IMG/VR virus record: IMGVR_UViG_3300025015_000011
Span: 32,001-96,000 of that record
Origin: a virus
DNA length: 64,000 nucleotides
Reading direction: 5' to 3' (one strand)
Shown here: piece by piece, positions 19,207-28,346 of the stretch
Layout of the letters: the number at the start of each line of letters is the position of its first letter
Numbering within the stretch: position 1 is the stretch's first letter
Notes under the pieces: model-generated
What the model was told of the DNA's origin: nothing
What the model saw: only the letters and a program-made list of their open reading frames with translations
Databases searched by the model: none
Translations under genes and position numbers: made by a program

Positions 19207-19693
19207 TCATTCTCATTCAAACTTTATATATGAATTTATTAAACTTTGTCATTATAAAACTTATTTAGAACTTGGTATTTATGATGGTGAAACTTTTTCA
19301 AAAATAGTACCTATTGTTGATATAGCAGTAGGGGTAGATATTGAAGATAAGAGAATAATTAAAAATGGCATATTCTTTAAATCAACAACAGATGATTTCT
19401 TTACTAAAAATTTTCAAAAATTTGATTGTGTTTTCATTGATGCTTGTCATGAAGCAAAACAGGTTGAGAAAGATTTTTTAAATGCAATTAAAATATTGAA
19501 TATTGGAGGGACTATAATATTACATGATACTGACCCAATATCTGGATTTTATATCCAGCCAGGATATTGTGGAGATGCTTATAAAGTTTTAAATAAAATA
19601 GGAAAAGAATTTGCTCAAATGACCTTCCCAATAAATGAATGTGGTATAACTTTTATTAGACGAGTTAGTGATAGGAGAGTCCTTTGTTTATAA
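19199..19693 (+). CDS. Class I SAM methyltransferase (Methyltransf_24-like)
   Basis: YLELGIYDG, GVD, FIDACH, GGTIILHD. Confidence 0.85.
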   Translation: MTSHSHSNFIYEFIKLCHYKTYLELGIYDGETFSKIVPIVDIAVGVDIEDKRIIKNGIFFKSTTDDFFTKNFQKFDCVFIDACHEAKQVEKDFLNAIKILNIGGTIILHDTDPISGFYIQPGYCGDAYKVLNKIGKEFAQMTFPINECGITFIRRVSDRRVLCL

Positions 19694-20403
19694 ATATCTT
19701 AAATATTTTAAAAGAAATAAAAGAAGTTTCATATACAGATAAAGATGTGCGAGCCTCTTGGGTAGGACCAGGCCCAGCAAGTACTGATTGTTTTGACTAC
19801 TTGAATTTAGCTAAATGGGCAAATGAACATCTTCATATGTATGAAGGGTTTTATAATGAAATAAATAGAACATCTGGAAAAATAATGGATATAGGTTGTG
19901 GGGCTGGGTTTGCTACTATAAATCTATTAAATAATTTTAGTAACTTTAAAATCAATGCCATAGATTTTGATGAGAAATGTATAAATTTTGCTAACAAATA
20001 TAATAGTCATAAAAATATTAATTATATAAATAATGACATCTTCATATGTGAAATAAAAGATAAGTTTGACTACATTTTTGCATTAGAAATATTAGAACAT
20101 CTGCCCGCAGAACACCATTATTCTTTTATAGATTTATGTTTAAGTTATTTAAAAGATGATGGTAAATTATTTATTACTACCCCTAATGCTAAAAAAGAAA
20201 GTGATGGGGATTTTTCACATATAGGTTTATTAAATAATAAAAGGTTTGATTCTTTTTATTTTAAATATTTTGAAAATATATTAGAATTGAATTTTTATGA
20301 TAGTAAACAATTTATAGTACATGACCCCCCGCTTAGTTATATGGAAGGAGACAAATCTCATTTTAGAATAGTCTTAGTTAAACAAAGGGATTTAAAAAAT
20401 TAA
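19684..20403 (+). CDS. Class I SAM methyltransferase
   Basis: MDIGCGAG, AID, FDYIFALEILEHL, GKLFITTPN. Confidence 0.9.
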   Translation: MFINILNILKEIKEVSYTDKDVRASWVGPGPASTDCFDYLNLAKWANEHLHMYEGFYNEINRTSGKIMDIGCGAGFATINLLNNFSNFKINAIDFDEKCINFANKYNSHKNINYINNDIFICEIKDKFDYIFALEILEHLPAEHHYSFIDLCLSYLKDDGKLFITTPNAKKESDGDFSHIGLLNNKRFDSFYFKYFENILELNFYDSKQFIVHDPPLSYMEGDKSHFRIVLVKQRDLKN

Positions 20404-21289
20404 AACTGGTTATTTAATAAATGATTGTTTAACTTGTATTCCTGGGACTAAAACATTTTGGCATGATTTATTGGAATGGATTCCAGGATTAGAAGATAAA
20501 ACTAATGGATATACTGATTATTCAATATTAGCAGATATTGTAGAATTACTACCAAGACCTGATTATATTATTAGGAATGCTACATATTTTAGAAGATTGA
20601 ATATTAATGTCCCTACTATTAGTTTACTTCAAGATGCTAATAAAACTTCAGAACAAATTGATGTTTGTTGTCACTCTGATATAGTTGTATTTAATTCACC
20701 ATATACTTTGTCATTATATGATGCTCATCCTTTTACAAGAACAGAGTTAATACCATTAGGAGTAGATTCTGATTTCTTTAAACCAAAATTTGATACCTAT
20801 CCAAGGGTTTTACCAAATTCAATATTATTTGTGGGGGCATCTAATAATTTTCCAAAAGGATTTGATATTGTCCTTGATTTAATTCTTAATACTGATTATA
20901 ATTTTTGTTTGGTTATGAAAGATGATTTTAGAATATCACATGAAAGGGTAACAGTTTTTAATAAAGTTGAACATGATGAATTAAAAAGAATATATAATTC
21001 TTGTTCAATGTTGTTATGCACTTCAAGGATTGAAACTCAACATTTAGCAGGGATAGAAGCAGGATTATGTAACTTGCCGATTGTAACTTCTAATGTAGGT
21101 ATTTATTATAATAAGCCTAATGGTGAATGGGGCATTAATGTAAAAGATAATAATTTTAAAGCAGGTATAGATTTTGTTATGCGAGATAATAGGTTTAACC
21201 CCAGAAAATATTGGCTAGAACAAGGAATTGACAAAAAAACATGTAAAGAAAAATGGATACATTTAATAGAGGAGATTACACATGTTTAA
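20399..21289 (+). CDS. GT-B (GT4-like) glycosyltransferase, probable ATT start
   Basis: IPLGVD, LFVG...KG, S..ETQHLAGIEA...PIV; frame open from ATT 20399 (KTGYLINDCLTCIPG...) behind AAGGGA. Confidence 0.82.
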   Translation: MKTGYLINDCLTCIPGTKTFWHDLLEWIPGLEDKTNGYTDYSILADIVELLPRPDYIIRNATYFRRLNINVPTISLLQDANKTSEQIDVCCHSDIVVFNSPYTLSLYDAHPFTRTELIPLGVDSDFFKPKFDTYPRVLPNSILFVGASNNFPKGFDIVLDLILNTDYNFCLVMKDDFRISHERVTVFNKVEHDELKRIYNSCSMLLCTSRIETQHLAGIEAGLCNLPIVTSNVGIYYNKPNGEWGINVKDNNFKAGIDFVMRDNRFNPRKYWLEQGIDKKTCKEKWIHLIEEITHV

Positions 21290-22340
21290 AGAAGAATATA
21301 GTCCGTACAAGCTCGTCCATCATTTAGATAAAATCCAACAAATAAAAAATGGTGAACAAGTTAATCCTGTTCAAGTACATTTGGTACCAGCAAACGCTTG
21401 TAATCAGAAATGTTCTTTCTGTGCGTATAGAATGGAAGGTTCATCAAGCAATCAGAAATTTATTGAAAGTAATATCATACCAACACCAAAATTGCTTGAA
21501 ATAATCGATTCTTTACATTCTATGGGAGTTAAAGCTGTTCAATTTACTGGAGGAGGTGAACCTCTTATCCACCCAGGAATTAAAGAAGCAATTAGAAAAA
21601 CAAAAGAATATGGCATGGAAATTGCTTTAGTTACTAATGGTGTTTTACTAGATGATGAATTGATAGATTTACTTAAAGATGTCTCATGGGTTAGGATAAG
21701 CATGGACGCAGCAATTTCTGAGACATATCAAAGGACTAGAAAAAAGAATGATTTTGATTTGGTAATCAATAATATAAAGAAGCTAGCTAAAGTTAAAACA
21801 AGTACTATTCTAGGTATAGGATTTGTTGTTAATAAAGATAATTGGCAAGAAATATATATAGCAGCAAAACTTTTTAAGGAATTGGGTGTTGATAATATAA
21901 GACTATCTGCTATATTCACCCCTGATGGCATTTCTTATTTTGATGAATTTTTAGCGGAGGCTAAATGGTTAGCTAAGGAAACAAAAGAGGTTCTTGAGAC
22001 AGATAAATTTACAGTATTTAATCTTTTTAATGATAGAGTAGCTGATTTATTTACAGTTAAACAAGATTATGATTCTTGTTATCTTAAAGATTTAGTACCA
22101 TATATTGGGGCAGATTTGAATGTTTATACTTGTTGTATATTAGCATATAATAACATGGGGTTAATAGGATCTATTAAAACCCTGACCTTTGAAGAATTAT
22201 GGCAGTTCACAGGAAAGAAGATATTCTATGAGAATCATAATCCTAAGAAACATTGTCAACTTCCTTGTATGTTCAGAGAAAAAAATAATTTTTTGAATTA
22301 TTGTGTAAAAAAAGATGTTAAACATATTAATTTTATTTAA
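21282..22340 (+). CDS. Radical SAM/SPASM-domain protein
   Basis: CNQKCSFC, FTGGGEP, TNG, ISMDA; C-terminal C...G.VYTCC...GSI...C..PC. Confidence 0.9.
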   Translation: MFKEEYSPYKLVHHLDKIQQIKNGEQVNPVQVHLVPANACNQKCSFCAYRMEGSSSNQKFIESNIIPTPKLLEIIDSLHSMGVKAVQFTGGGEPLIHPGIKEAIRKTKEYGMEIALVTNGVLLDDELIDLLKDVSWVRISMDAAISETYQRTRKKNDFDLVINNIKKLAKVKTSTILGIGFVVNKDNWQEIYIAAKLFKELGVDNIRLSAIFTPDGISYFDEFLAEAKWLAKETKEVLETDKFTVFNLFNDRVADLFTVKQDYDSCYLKDLVPYIGADLNVYTCCILAYNNMGLIGSIKTLTFEELWQFTGKKIFYENHNPKKHCQLPCMFREKNNFLNYCVKKDVKHINFI

Positions 22341-22349
22341 GGAGAAGTA

Positions 22350-22673
22350 ATGGTTGAATTAATTTGGTGGTTGGTTTGTGCTCATTTCCTTGGTGATTTT
22401 GTTCTACAAAGTAGATGGGTTGCTGAAAATAAAGGAAGTAAATGGTATGTTTTATTAGCACATAGTATTACTTGGGCAGCTCCGATTACTGTGGTATTAT
22501 TTTTATTTGGTTATTTCAGTATACCAGTTGCTGTATTTTTAGTAGTTACTCACTATATAATTGATGATTGGAAATGTATGTTACCAATGGAATGGAAATA
22601 TATCTATCTTGACCAGATAATGCACTTTGTTTCAATTGGGTTAGTTTTGGTTCAGTCAATATATTTGAGTTAA
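22350..22673 (+). CDS. DUF3307-like membrane protein
   Basis: AHFLGDFVLQ, LLAH, HYIID, DQIMH. Confidence 0.8.
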   Translation: MVELIWWLVCAHFLGDFVLQSRWVAENKGSKWYVLLAHSITWAAPITVVLFLFGYFSIPVAVFLVVTHYIIDDWKCMLPMEWKYIYLDQIMHFVSIGLVLVQSIYLS

Positions 22674-22676
22674 TCC

Positions 22677-23000
22677 ATGAAAATTCTTAAGGAGTATAAA
22701 GATGGTTCTATATATGTTTCTACTGTGATAAATTTAGGTGATGTTGAAAAATTATATGAAACAATAATTTACCACCCTTCTTTAAAAGGGATACATTACC
22801 CACTATGGGATGATATTGTTGTGGGAGAATGTTCAACAGAAAAGGAAGCTTTAGAAAATCATAATTATTGGGAAGAAATAATCAAAAGTGGTTGTCTACC
22901 TTATAGTATAATTAATGTTTCTACTTGTAATTTTGCAAAAGCTCTTGACAGATTAAAGGGAAGGAAATGGAGGGTTTATAGAAATCCAATTTTGACTTGA
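22677..23000 (+). CDS. Hypothetical protein
   Basis: VSTV...YETII...ALENH small phage protein. Confidence 0.65.
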   Translation: MKILKEYKDGSIYVSTVINLGDVEKLYETIIYHPSLKGIHYPLWDDIVVGECSTEKEALENHNYWEEIIKSGCLPYSIINVSTCNFAKALDRLKGRKWRVYRNPILT

Positions 23001-23025
23001 CAAAAGTATACTAAAATGATAATAT
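22997..23025 (+). promoter_or_regulatory. Sigma70-type promoter
   Basis: TTGACA-17nt-TAATAT with extended -10 TG. Confidence 0.7.
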
Positions 23026-23059
23026 TTGTTTATTGAATAAATAATTGAAGGGGAAGAAA

Positions 23060-23350
23060 ATGAAAGAGTTAATCATGCCAAGGTTAGAAAATTGGAGTGT
23101 TATATTAAATCAATTTGGCCCATATGAAGCACCAGAACAACATTCTGCTCAGTTAAGAGGAAATGTTTTCAATCATCCTAGATTTGAAGATGGTGAAGTA
23201 GTTATAACATCTTTAATAGTCAAAGAAAAGAATGGAATGATTGTCACTCATTCTGGCAGTCATTATACTTTGGGTGAAGTAGATGCAGAATATGAAAGAC
23301 TTTATCCAGATGCCAAAAATCGGTTGATAAAATCTCTTAGAGGAGAGTAA
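23060..23350 (+). CDS. Hypothetical phage protein
   Basis: LENWSV...YEAPE...GNVFNHPRFEDG...TS...SHYTLG. Confidence 0.7.
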   Translation: MKELIMPRLENWSVILNQFGPYEAPEQHSAQLRGNVFNHPRFEDGEVVITSLIVKEKNGMIVTHSGSHYTLGEVDAEYERLYPDAKNRLIKSLRGE

Positions 23351-23351
23351 A

Positions 23352-24623
23352 ATGCAAAATATCCCAGCCATCCTTTCTGAAATAGCATCAACCAGCTCTA
23401 AAATTGAAAAAGTAGCCCTTATTAAAAAAAATAAGTCCATGAATATGGAGTTAATTTTTTCACATGCTTATAATCCTTTCATAACCTTTGGAACCACAAA
23501 AATTGAAATGGATGACTTTTCATTCAATGATAATAGAGTTATTGATGAAAGGTGGTTTGATGCTATGATACAGATGTTAAACAAACTTTCAAAGAGAGAA
23601 TATACTGGAAACAGAGCTCGTGATATAATCAGGGATTTTATGGAATCTGGACCTGAGGCCTGGGCTCGTTTGATTTATAATATTCTCAATAAGGATTTGA
23701 GAATTGGAGCCAGTGAAAAGTCTATTAATAAAGTTTATGATGGCCTCCTTCCTGAGGAATTTGTTCAGCTTGCTCATTTGTTTGAAGAAGGCAAAGATGA
23801 AAAAAGGCTCAAGTTCCCTGTTTATTGTGATATTAAATTTGATGGTCTTAGGGGCAAAGTTGAACTTGATGAAAAGGGAGAATATGTAGTAATTTCCAGA
23901 AATGGAAAGATGTACAGAAATTATATTACCATACAAAAAGAACTGAAAATACTTTCTGATTATCTCAAGAAGCCAAGCATTATGTGGGATGGTGAGATAA
24001 CAATGGGTTCTCTTCAGGATATCCTCCGGACTGCACAAAGAAAAGAAGATGGAATTGAACTTGCAAAGGATGCTGTTTATAACATCTTTGATATAGTTGA
24101 CTTGGACTTGAAACAGAAAGATAGATTGACATTTATCCTCAATGATGTTAAAAATGCAATTGAAAAGTTGAACTTGAAACACCTCAATGTCATTGAAGGA
24201 AAGTATCTAAATACAGTTGAAGAAGTAAAGTCTTTCTTTAATGAAGCTCTTAAACAAGGACTTGAAGGCATCATGGTAAAAAATCTTGATGCTCATTATC
24301 AGTTCAAAAAGGGATATAATTGGATGAAGCTCAAGGAAGAAGATACAATTGACCTTGAGATAGTAGGATTTGAAGAAGGTAAGAAAGGTACCAAAAATGA
24401 AGGCAAGCTTGGTGCTTTCATTGGTAGACTTCCAAATGGTGGGACTGTCAATGTTGGAGGTGGTATCAAGGATGATGAACGAGAAGAGTATTGGAATAAC
24501 AGAAAAAAGATTCTTGGAGATATAATGGAAGTCAAGTTTCAGAAGAAGACAAGGGATGGTTCTTTACAGCACCCCAATTTTGTAAGATTCAGGCATGATA
24601 AAAGGAGGAATGAAAATGTTTAA
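23352..24623 (+). CDS. ATP-dependent DNA ligase (T4 gp30-like)
   Basis: KFDG adenylation motif, SRNGK, DGE, FDI, EGIMVK, WMKLK, LQHPNFVRFRHDK. Confidence 0.95.
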   Translation: MQNIPAILSEIASTSSKIEKVALIKKNKSMNMELIFSHAYNPFITFGTTKIEMDDFSFNDNRVIDERWFDAMIQMLNKLSKREYTGNRARDIIRDFMESGPEAWARLIYNILNKDLRIGASEKSINKVYDGLLPEEFVQLAHLFEEGKDEKRLKFPVYCDIKFDGLRGKVELDEKGEYVVISRNGKMYRNYITIQKELKILSDYLKKPSIMWDGEITMGSLQDILRTAQRKEDGIELAKDAVYNIFDIVDLDLKQKDRLTFILNDVKNAIEKLNLKHLNVIEGKYLNTVEEVKSFFNEALKQGLEGIMVKNLDAHYQFKKGYNWMKLKEEDTIDLEIVGFEEGKKGTKNEGKLGAFIGRLPNGGTVNVGGGIKDDEREEYWNNRKKILGDIMEVKFQKKTRDGSLQHPNFVRFRHDKRRNENV

Positions 24624-24870
24624 ATTTAAGATTGGCCAGGAAGTATATTGTATACTAGAGAATAGATTACATTCTGCTAAAATTTTATCTCGGCAGTTTA
24701 CTGAGAATAGTGAGTTTGGAAACAAAAACGCTTGCACACAAGCACAAAAAGAGACTTATCAAGCATTTGGACCTGATGAAATCAAATATTCCACAATTCA
24801 TGGTATTTTTTCTGAGGCTGAGCTTTTTGCAACTAAAGAAGATTTGGTTAAACATTTAATAGGAGATTAA
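24616..24870 (+). CDS. Hypothetical protein
   Basis: AGGAGG RBS; FKFKIGQEVY. Confidence 0.7.
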   Translation: MFKFKIGQEVYCILENRLHSAKILSRQFTENSEFGNKNACTQAQKETYQAFGPDEIKYSTIHGIFSEAELFATKEDLVKHLIGD

Positions 24871-24871
24871 A

Positions 24872-25237
24872 ATGGAATTATTTGAAAAATCCCAAATTAA
24901 AAGAAAATCATTTGTTAGAGGTAATGATATTTTTGTTACTGTAAATAAAGGGTATAAAATTGGATTTATGTCAAAACTTGTTCGTGAATTTGAATTAAAT
25001 AAATATACACATGCACAACTTTATTATGATAATGAACAAGGTTTAATAGGTGTACAATTTCTAAAAGAAGCCACTAAAAATTCTTTTAAAATAACAAAAA
25101 GACCTCAATGCGATAATTTCTTGTCTATTACCGCTTCTTCGTTTATTTCTGCATATAATATCCCATTAGGTAAGAAAGTGGCTAAATGGGATGAAAAACA
25201 AAAAATGGTGGTAGCTAAAATTAATAGTGAATTTTAA
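24872..25237 (+). CDS. Hypothetical protein
   Basis: AGGAG RBS. Confidence 0.7.
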   Translation: MELFEKSQIKRKSFVRGNDIFVTVNKGYKIGFMSKLVREFELNKYTHAQLYYDNEQGLIGVQFLKEATKNSFKITKRPQCDNFLSITASSFISAYNIPLGKKVAKWDEKQKMVVAKINSEF

Positions 25238-25245
25238 GGAATAAA

Positions 25246-25653
25246 ATGACACTTGATAAATTGGTTAATGAAGAAAACTTCATATACTACCTCAGTAAAG
25301 CTAGAGCTGAATCTAAGAAATCAATTATAGGTAAAGCTCAGGTCGGGGCAGTCCTTGTCAAAAAAGGCTGTATAATTTCTAAAGGTCACAATCGCATCAA
25401 ATACTCAAAAGTTAATGACAAGTATTCGAGGTGGAAAGAATCAACGCATGCAGAGGTAGATGCTTTGAAGAAAGTAATGTATCTCACTGGTTTAAATTCT
25501 ACAACTTTGTTTGTTTATAGGGAATTGAAATCTGGTGAGTTAGCTTCAAGTAAACCATGTGATAAATGTATGGCCTTTATAAAGTTCTTGAAAATAAAAC
25601 GAATTGTATATACAATCAATAAATTCCCATATTATGAAGTAGTGAGGTTGTGA
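25246..25653 (+). CDS. Cytidine/dCMP deaminase-family zinc protein
   Basis: VGAVLV...GHN, HAE, PCDKC. Confidence 0.85.
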   Translation: MTLDKLVNEENFIYYLSKARAESKKSIIGKAQVGAVLVKKGCIISKGHNRIKYSKVNDKYSRWKESTHAEVDALKKVMYLTGLNSTTLFVYRELKSGELASSKPCDKCMAFIKFLKIKRIVYTINKFPYYEVVRL

Positions 25654-25661
25654 ATAATTGA

Positions 25662-25754
25662 TGATGGGTCGACTAAAGGCTCAAAAATAAGTCCTAAGTT
25701 AAGTCACCTCTTCGCGAGAGGAAATGCAGGTGCGAATCCTGTCACCATCAACCA
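25662..25754 (+). tRNA. Aberrant tRNA-like RNA (no normal anticodon loop)
   Basis: Acceptor TGATGGG/C(A)CCATCA, D stem GACT/AGTC with 27-nt loop, stem CCTCT/AGAGG with 5-nt loop TCGCG, T arm GCAGG-TGCGAAT-CCTGT, encoded ACCA. Confidence 0.6.
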
Positions 25755-25799
25755 AATTTTAGAGGATGGAATAAATTAGATTAAGAAGGTTTTGATATA

Positions 25800-26075
25800 A
25801 TGGAAGAAAGAAAAGAAAAGAAATGTATAGTTTTTAATTGTACCAACCATAGTGATGACGGCAAGTTTCATGGAGATTTTTGTTATCCATGTTGGGAATT
25901 TATATGCACTGGTAAAGGAAAGTATAGTCAGCTTTATAGAAATGCTAATGAATCTGAACTCAAAGATTATAAAACAGTTTATTTTGCATTAGGTAAAAAA
26001 GCAGGCATGGAAGAAGTTCAGAATGGAATTATAGAAGCATTAGGTCTTTATGATAGGTTCGATAAAAAGTGGTAA
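25800..26075 (+). CDS. Hypothetical Cys-containing protein
   Basis: CIVFNC.NH...CYPC. Confidence 0.65.
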   Translation: MEERKEKKCIVFNCTNHSDDGKFHGDFCYPCWEFICTGKGKYSQLYRNANESELKDYKTVYFALGKKAGMEEVQNGIIEALGLYDRFDKKW

Positions 26076-26076
26076 A

Positions 26077-26433
26077 ATGAAACATAATAGATTTGGTTTA
26101 AACTTAAGTGAAGCAAATATAATTCTTCATGAAGCAATGGGATTCTGCTGGCATGAATGGGTTTTAAGCAAGTGTCAAAAATGTCTAAAACTTCAAAGTG
26201 AATATAAACAAGCTCCCACCAGAGCTTACTATGTTGCAAATTGGTCAAATTATGGCATTGTCCTTGAATGGGCAATAAAACAGGAATGGTGGTGGGATTT
26301 TAAATATTGGGCATTAGAACAAGCGTTTGCTGTATTAGAATCAGATATAGACTCTATTGTGTTTGATTGTTTTAATGGTCCTCATGCTATAGCAGCATTT
26401 ATTAAAGAACAAAGGAAAAATAATGAAGCATAG
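26077..26433 (+). CDS. Hypothetical protein
   Basis: CWHEW...CQKC; ORF in operon. Confidence 0.65.
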   Translation: MKHNRFGLNLSEANIILHEAMGFCWHEWVLSKCQKCLKLQSEYKQAPTRAYYVANWSNYGIVLEWAIKQEWWWDFKYWALEQAFAVLESDIDSIVFDCFNGPHAIAAFIKEQRKNNEA

Positions 26434-28252
26434 TAAGATAAAAGTTTTAGACGAACATAGCTGGATTAGAGCCAGAGCGAATGTATACCTAGGTTCAACT
26501 GAAAGGGTTAAACAAGAATTTTATTTTGCAAATGAAGGTAAATTTAAAGAAGTAGAATATATACCAGCCCTTTTAAAAATATATGAAGAAATACTTGAAA
26601 ACTCAGTAGATGAATATATCCGAACTAAAGGTGAATATGCAAACAAAATTGAAGTTATTGTTGAAAAGGATGGATTGGTTCAGATTACTGATAATGGTAG
26701 AGGCTTGGAGATTGCAAAGCATGACCAGTTCACTGACCTTTATATACCAGAAGTTATTTTCACAAAGCTCAGGTCAGGGTCAAACTTTGAAGGCACAAGA
26801 GAAGGAATTGGTGTCAATGGTCTCGGGGCAGTTCTAACAGTTCTATTCTCAAAGACCTTTATGATATATACTTATTCTCATGGCAAAGGATATACACAAA
26901 GTTATGAGAATATGCTTCAAGATATTTATCCTCCTAAAATCAAAACAGTATCTGGTGATAAACATGGTACTAACATCATGTTCAGACCAGATTTTGAATT
27001 TTTCAAAACAAAGAATTGGAATCTTGACTTACTTAGAAAGAGGGTAGAAGACCTTGCTTTTTCATTTCCTGAAATCAAGTTTACTTTTAATGATGAAAAG
27101 ATAGATTCAAAGAAGTACAAGGATATAGTTAAGAATTATACTGATGATTATGTAATTGAAGAAGGAGAAAAAGCTAAAGTAATCTTAGCAGGTCATGAAT
27201 CTGGAGAGTTCCTTTTTTCAGCAACAGTCAATGGAGCTAATACCTTTCATGGGGGGACACCTGTTGATTATGTAATATCAGAGATAGTAAATGAGCTTAA
27301 ACCAAAACTAGAGAAGAAATGTAAGGTTGCTCTAAGAGCAAATGATATTAAAAATCACCTAACTCTTTTTATACAACTGAATCTTGATAATCCTATATTT
27401 TCATCCCAGACAAAAGAAAAGGTTCAGAATACAGTAGAAGAAGTCAAGCCTTTATTTGCTGATATATTAACTGATAGGTTTTATAAGAAGATACTTTCAA
27501 ATGAAACAATCATTAATAAAATAACTGAAGAAGCAAAAGTTAAACAACAATTAAAAGAACTTCAAGATGTTAAGGCTAAACAAAAACAAATAGTCAAGAA
27601 GAAAGTAGCAAAGTTAATTGATGCTAATAGTATAGATAGAGAAGAATGTATTCTATTTTTAACAGAAGGGGACTCAGCCTCGTTCAGCGGGGCAGTAGTA
27701 AGAAATCCTAAAGTCCATGCTTTCCTTCCTCTGAGAGGAAAGGTACTGAATGTATATGATTTGACACCATCAAAGGTTCTTCAAAATGAAGAAATACAAG
27801 ATATGTTAAATGCAATAGGCTTGAAGGTTGGCGAAAGAGCCCTTTCACTTAGGTATGGAAAGATTACTTTGCTTGCGGATGAAGATCCAGATGGACATGC
27901 TATAAAAGCTCTTCTTATAAATTTCTTTTATAAGTACTGGCCAGAATTATTTGTTCAAAAGAAAATATGTTTTATTAAGTCACCACTTTATATAGCTGAA
28001 AAGGGAAATGATAAAATTTATATTTATGATAAGGCCCAATATGATAATCTTGAGAAGCAGGGTAAGCTGAAAGGATATAAAATAAGTTACTTCAAAGGTC
28101 TGGGAGGATTAGAGCAGGAAGATTATGATTACTTCTTGAATAAGAATCCTCAATTTATAACTGTTAATGTTGATGATATTTCGGAAGATAAACTTAAGGT
28201 AGTATTTTCAACTGATGGTATAACAGAGAGAAAGGCTTGGATGCTTGCATGA
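26423..28252 (+). CDS. Type IIA topoisomerase ATPase+TOPRIM subunit (intact gp39+gp60/GyrB-like)
   Basis: EILENSVDE, DNGRG, SGSNF, GVNGLG, QTKE, TEGDSA, PLRGK, DEDPDG, YFKGLG. Confidence 0.95.
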   Translation: MKHSKIKVLDEHSWIRARANVYLGSTERVKQEFYFANEGKFKEVEYIPALLKIYEEILENSVDEYIRTKGEYANKIEVIVEKDGLVQITDNGRGLEIAKHDQFTDLYIPEVIFTKLRSGSNFEGTREGIGVNGLGAVLTVLFSKTFMIYTYSHGKGYTQSYENMLQDIYPPKIKTVSGDKHGTNIMFRPDFEFFKTKNWNLDLLRKRVEDLAFSFPEIKFTFNDEKIDSKKYKDIVKNYTDDYVIEEGEKAKVILAGHESGEFLFSATVNGANTFHGGTPVDYVISEIVNELKPKLEKKCKVALRANDIKNHLTLFIQLNLDNPIFSSQTKEKVQNTVEEVKPLFADILTDRFYKKILSNETIINKITEEAKVKQQLKELQDVKAKQKQIVKKKVAKLIDANSIDREECILFLTEGDSASFSGAVVRNPKVHAFLPLRGKVLNVYDLTPSKVLQNEEIQDMLNAIGLKVGERALSLRYGKITLLADEDPDGHAIKALLINFFYKYWPELFVQKKICFIKSPLYIAEKGNDKIYIYDKAQYDNLEKQGKLKGYKISYFKGLGGLEQEDYDYFLNKNPQFITVNVDDISEDKLKVVFSTDGITERKAWMLA

Positions 28253-28283
28253 GAATAAGGGTGGCAAATTTAGTACATTATTC

Positions 28284-28312
28284 TTGACAAACAATCCTTA
28301 AAATGTTATAAT
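28284..28312 (+). promoter_or_regulatory. Consensus sigma70 early promoter
   Basis: TTGACA-17nt-TATAAT with extended -10 TG. Confidence 0.85.
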
Positions 28313-28346
28313 CTTTATACATTGAATATATGTGGAGGTTGTTGAA

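Noticed and set aside
25675-25695. CTCAAAA read as a tRNA-Leu(CAA) anticodon loop, or TTCGCGA as Ala(CGC)
   Set aside because: Flanks of CTCAAAA do not form an anticodon stem and no D arm would remain; the Ala reading needs a 4-bp stem and lacks the G3-U70 identity pair
26423-28252. T4 gene 60-type ribosomal bypass or split topoisomerase
   Set aside because: ATPase and TOPRIM motifs lie in one continuous ORF
5485-28252. Inteins or introns in RtcB, clamp loader, ligase or topoisomerase
   Set aside because: Protein lengths are normal; no intein splice motifs or interrupted frames
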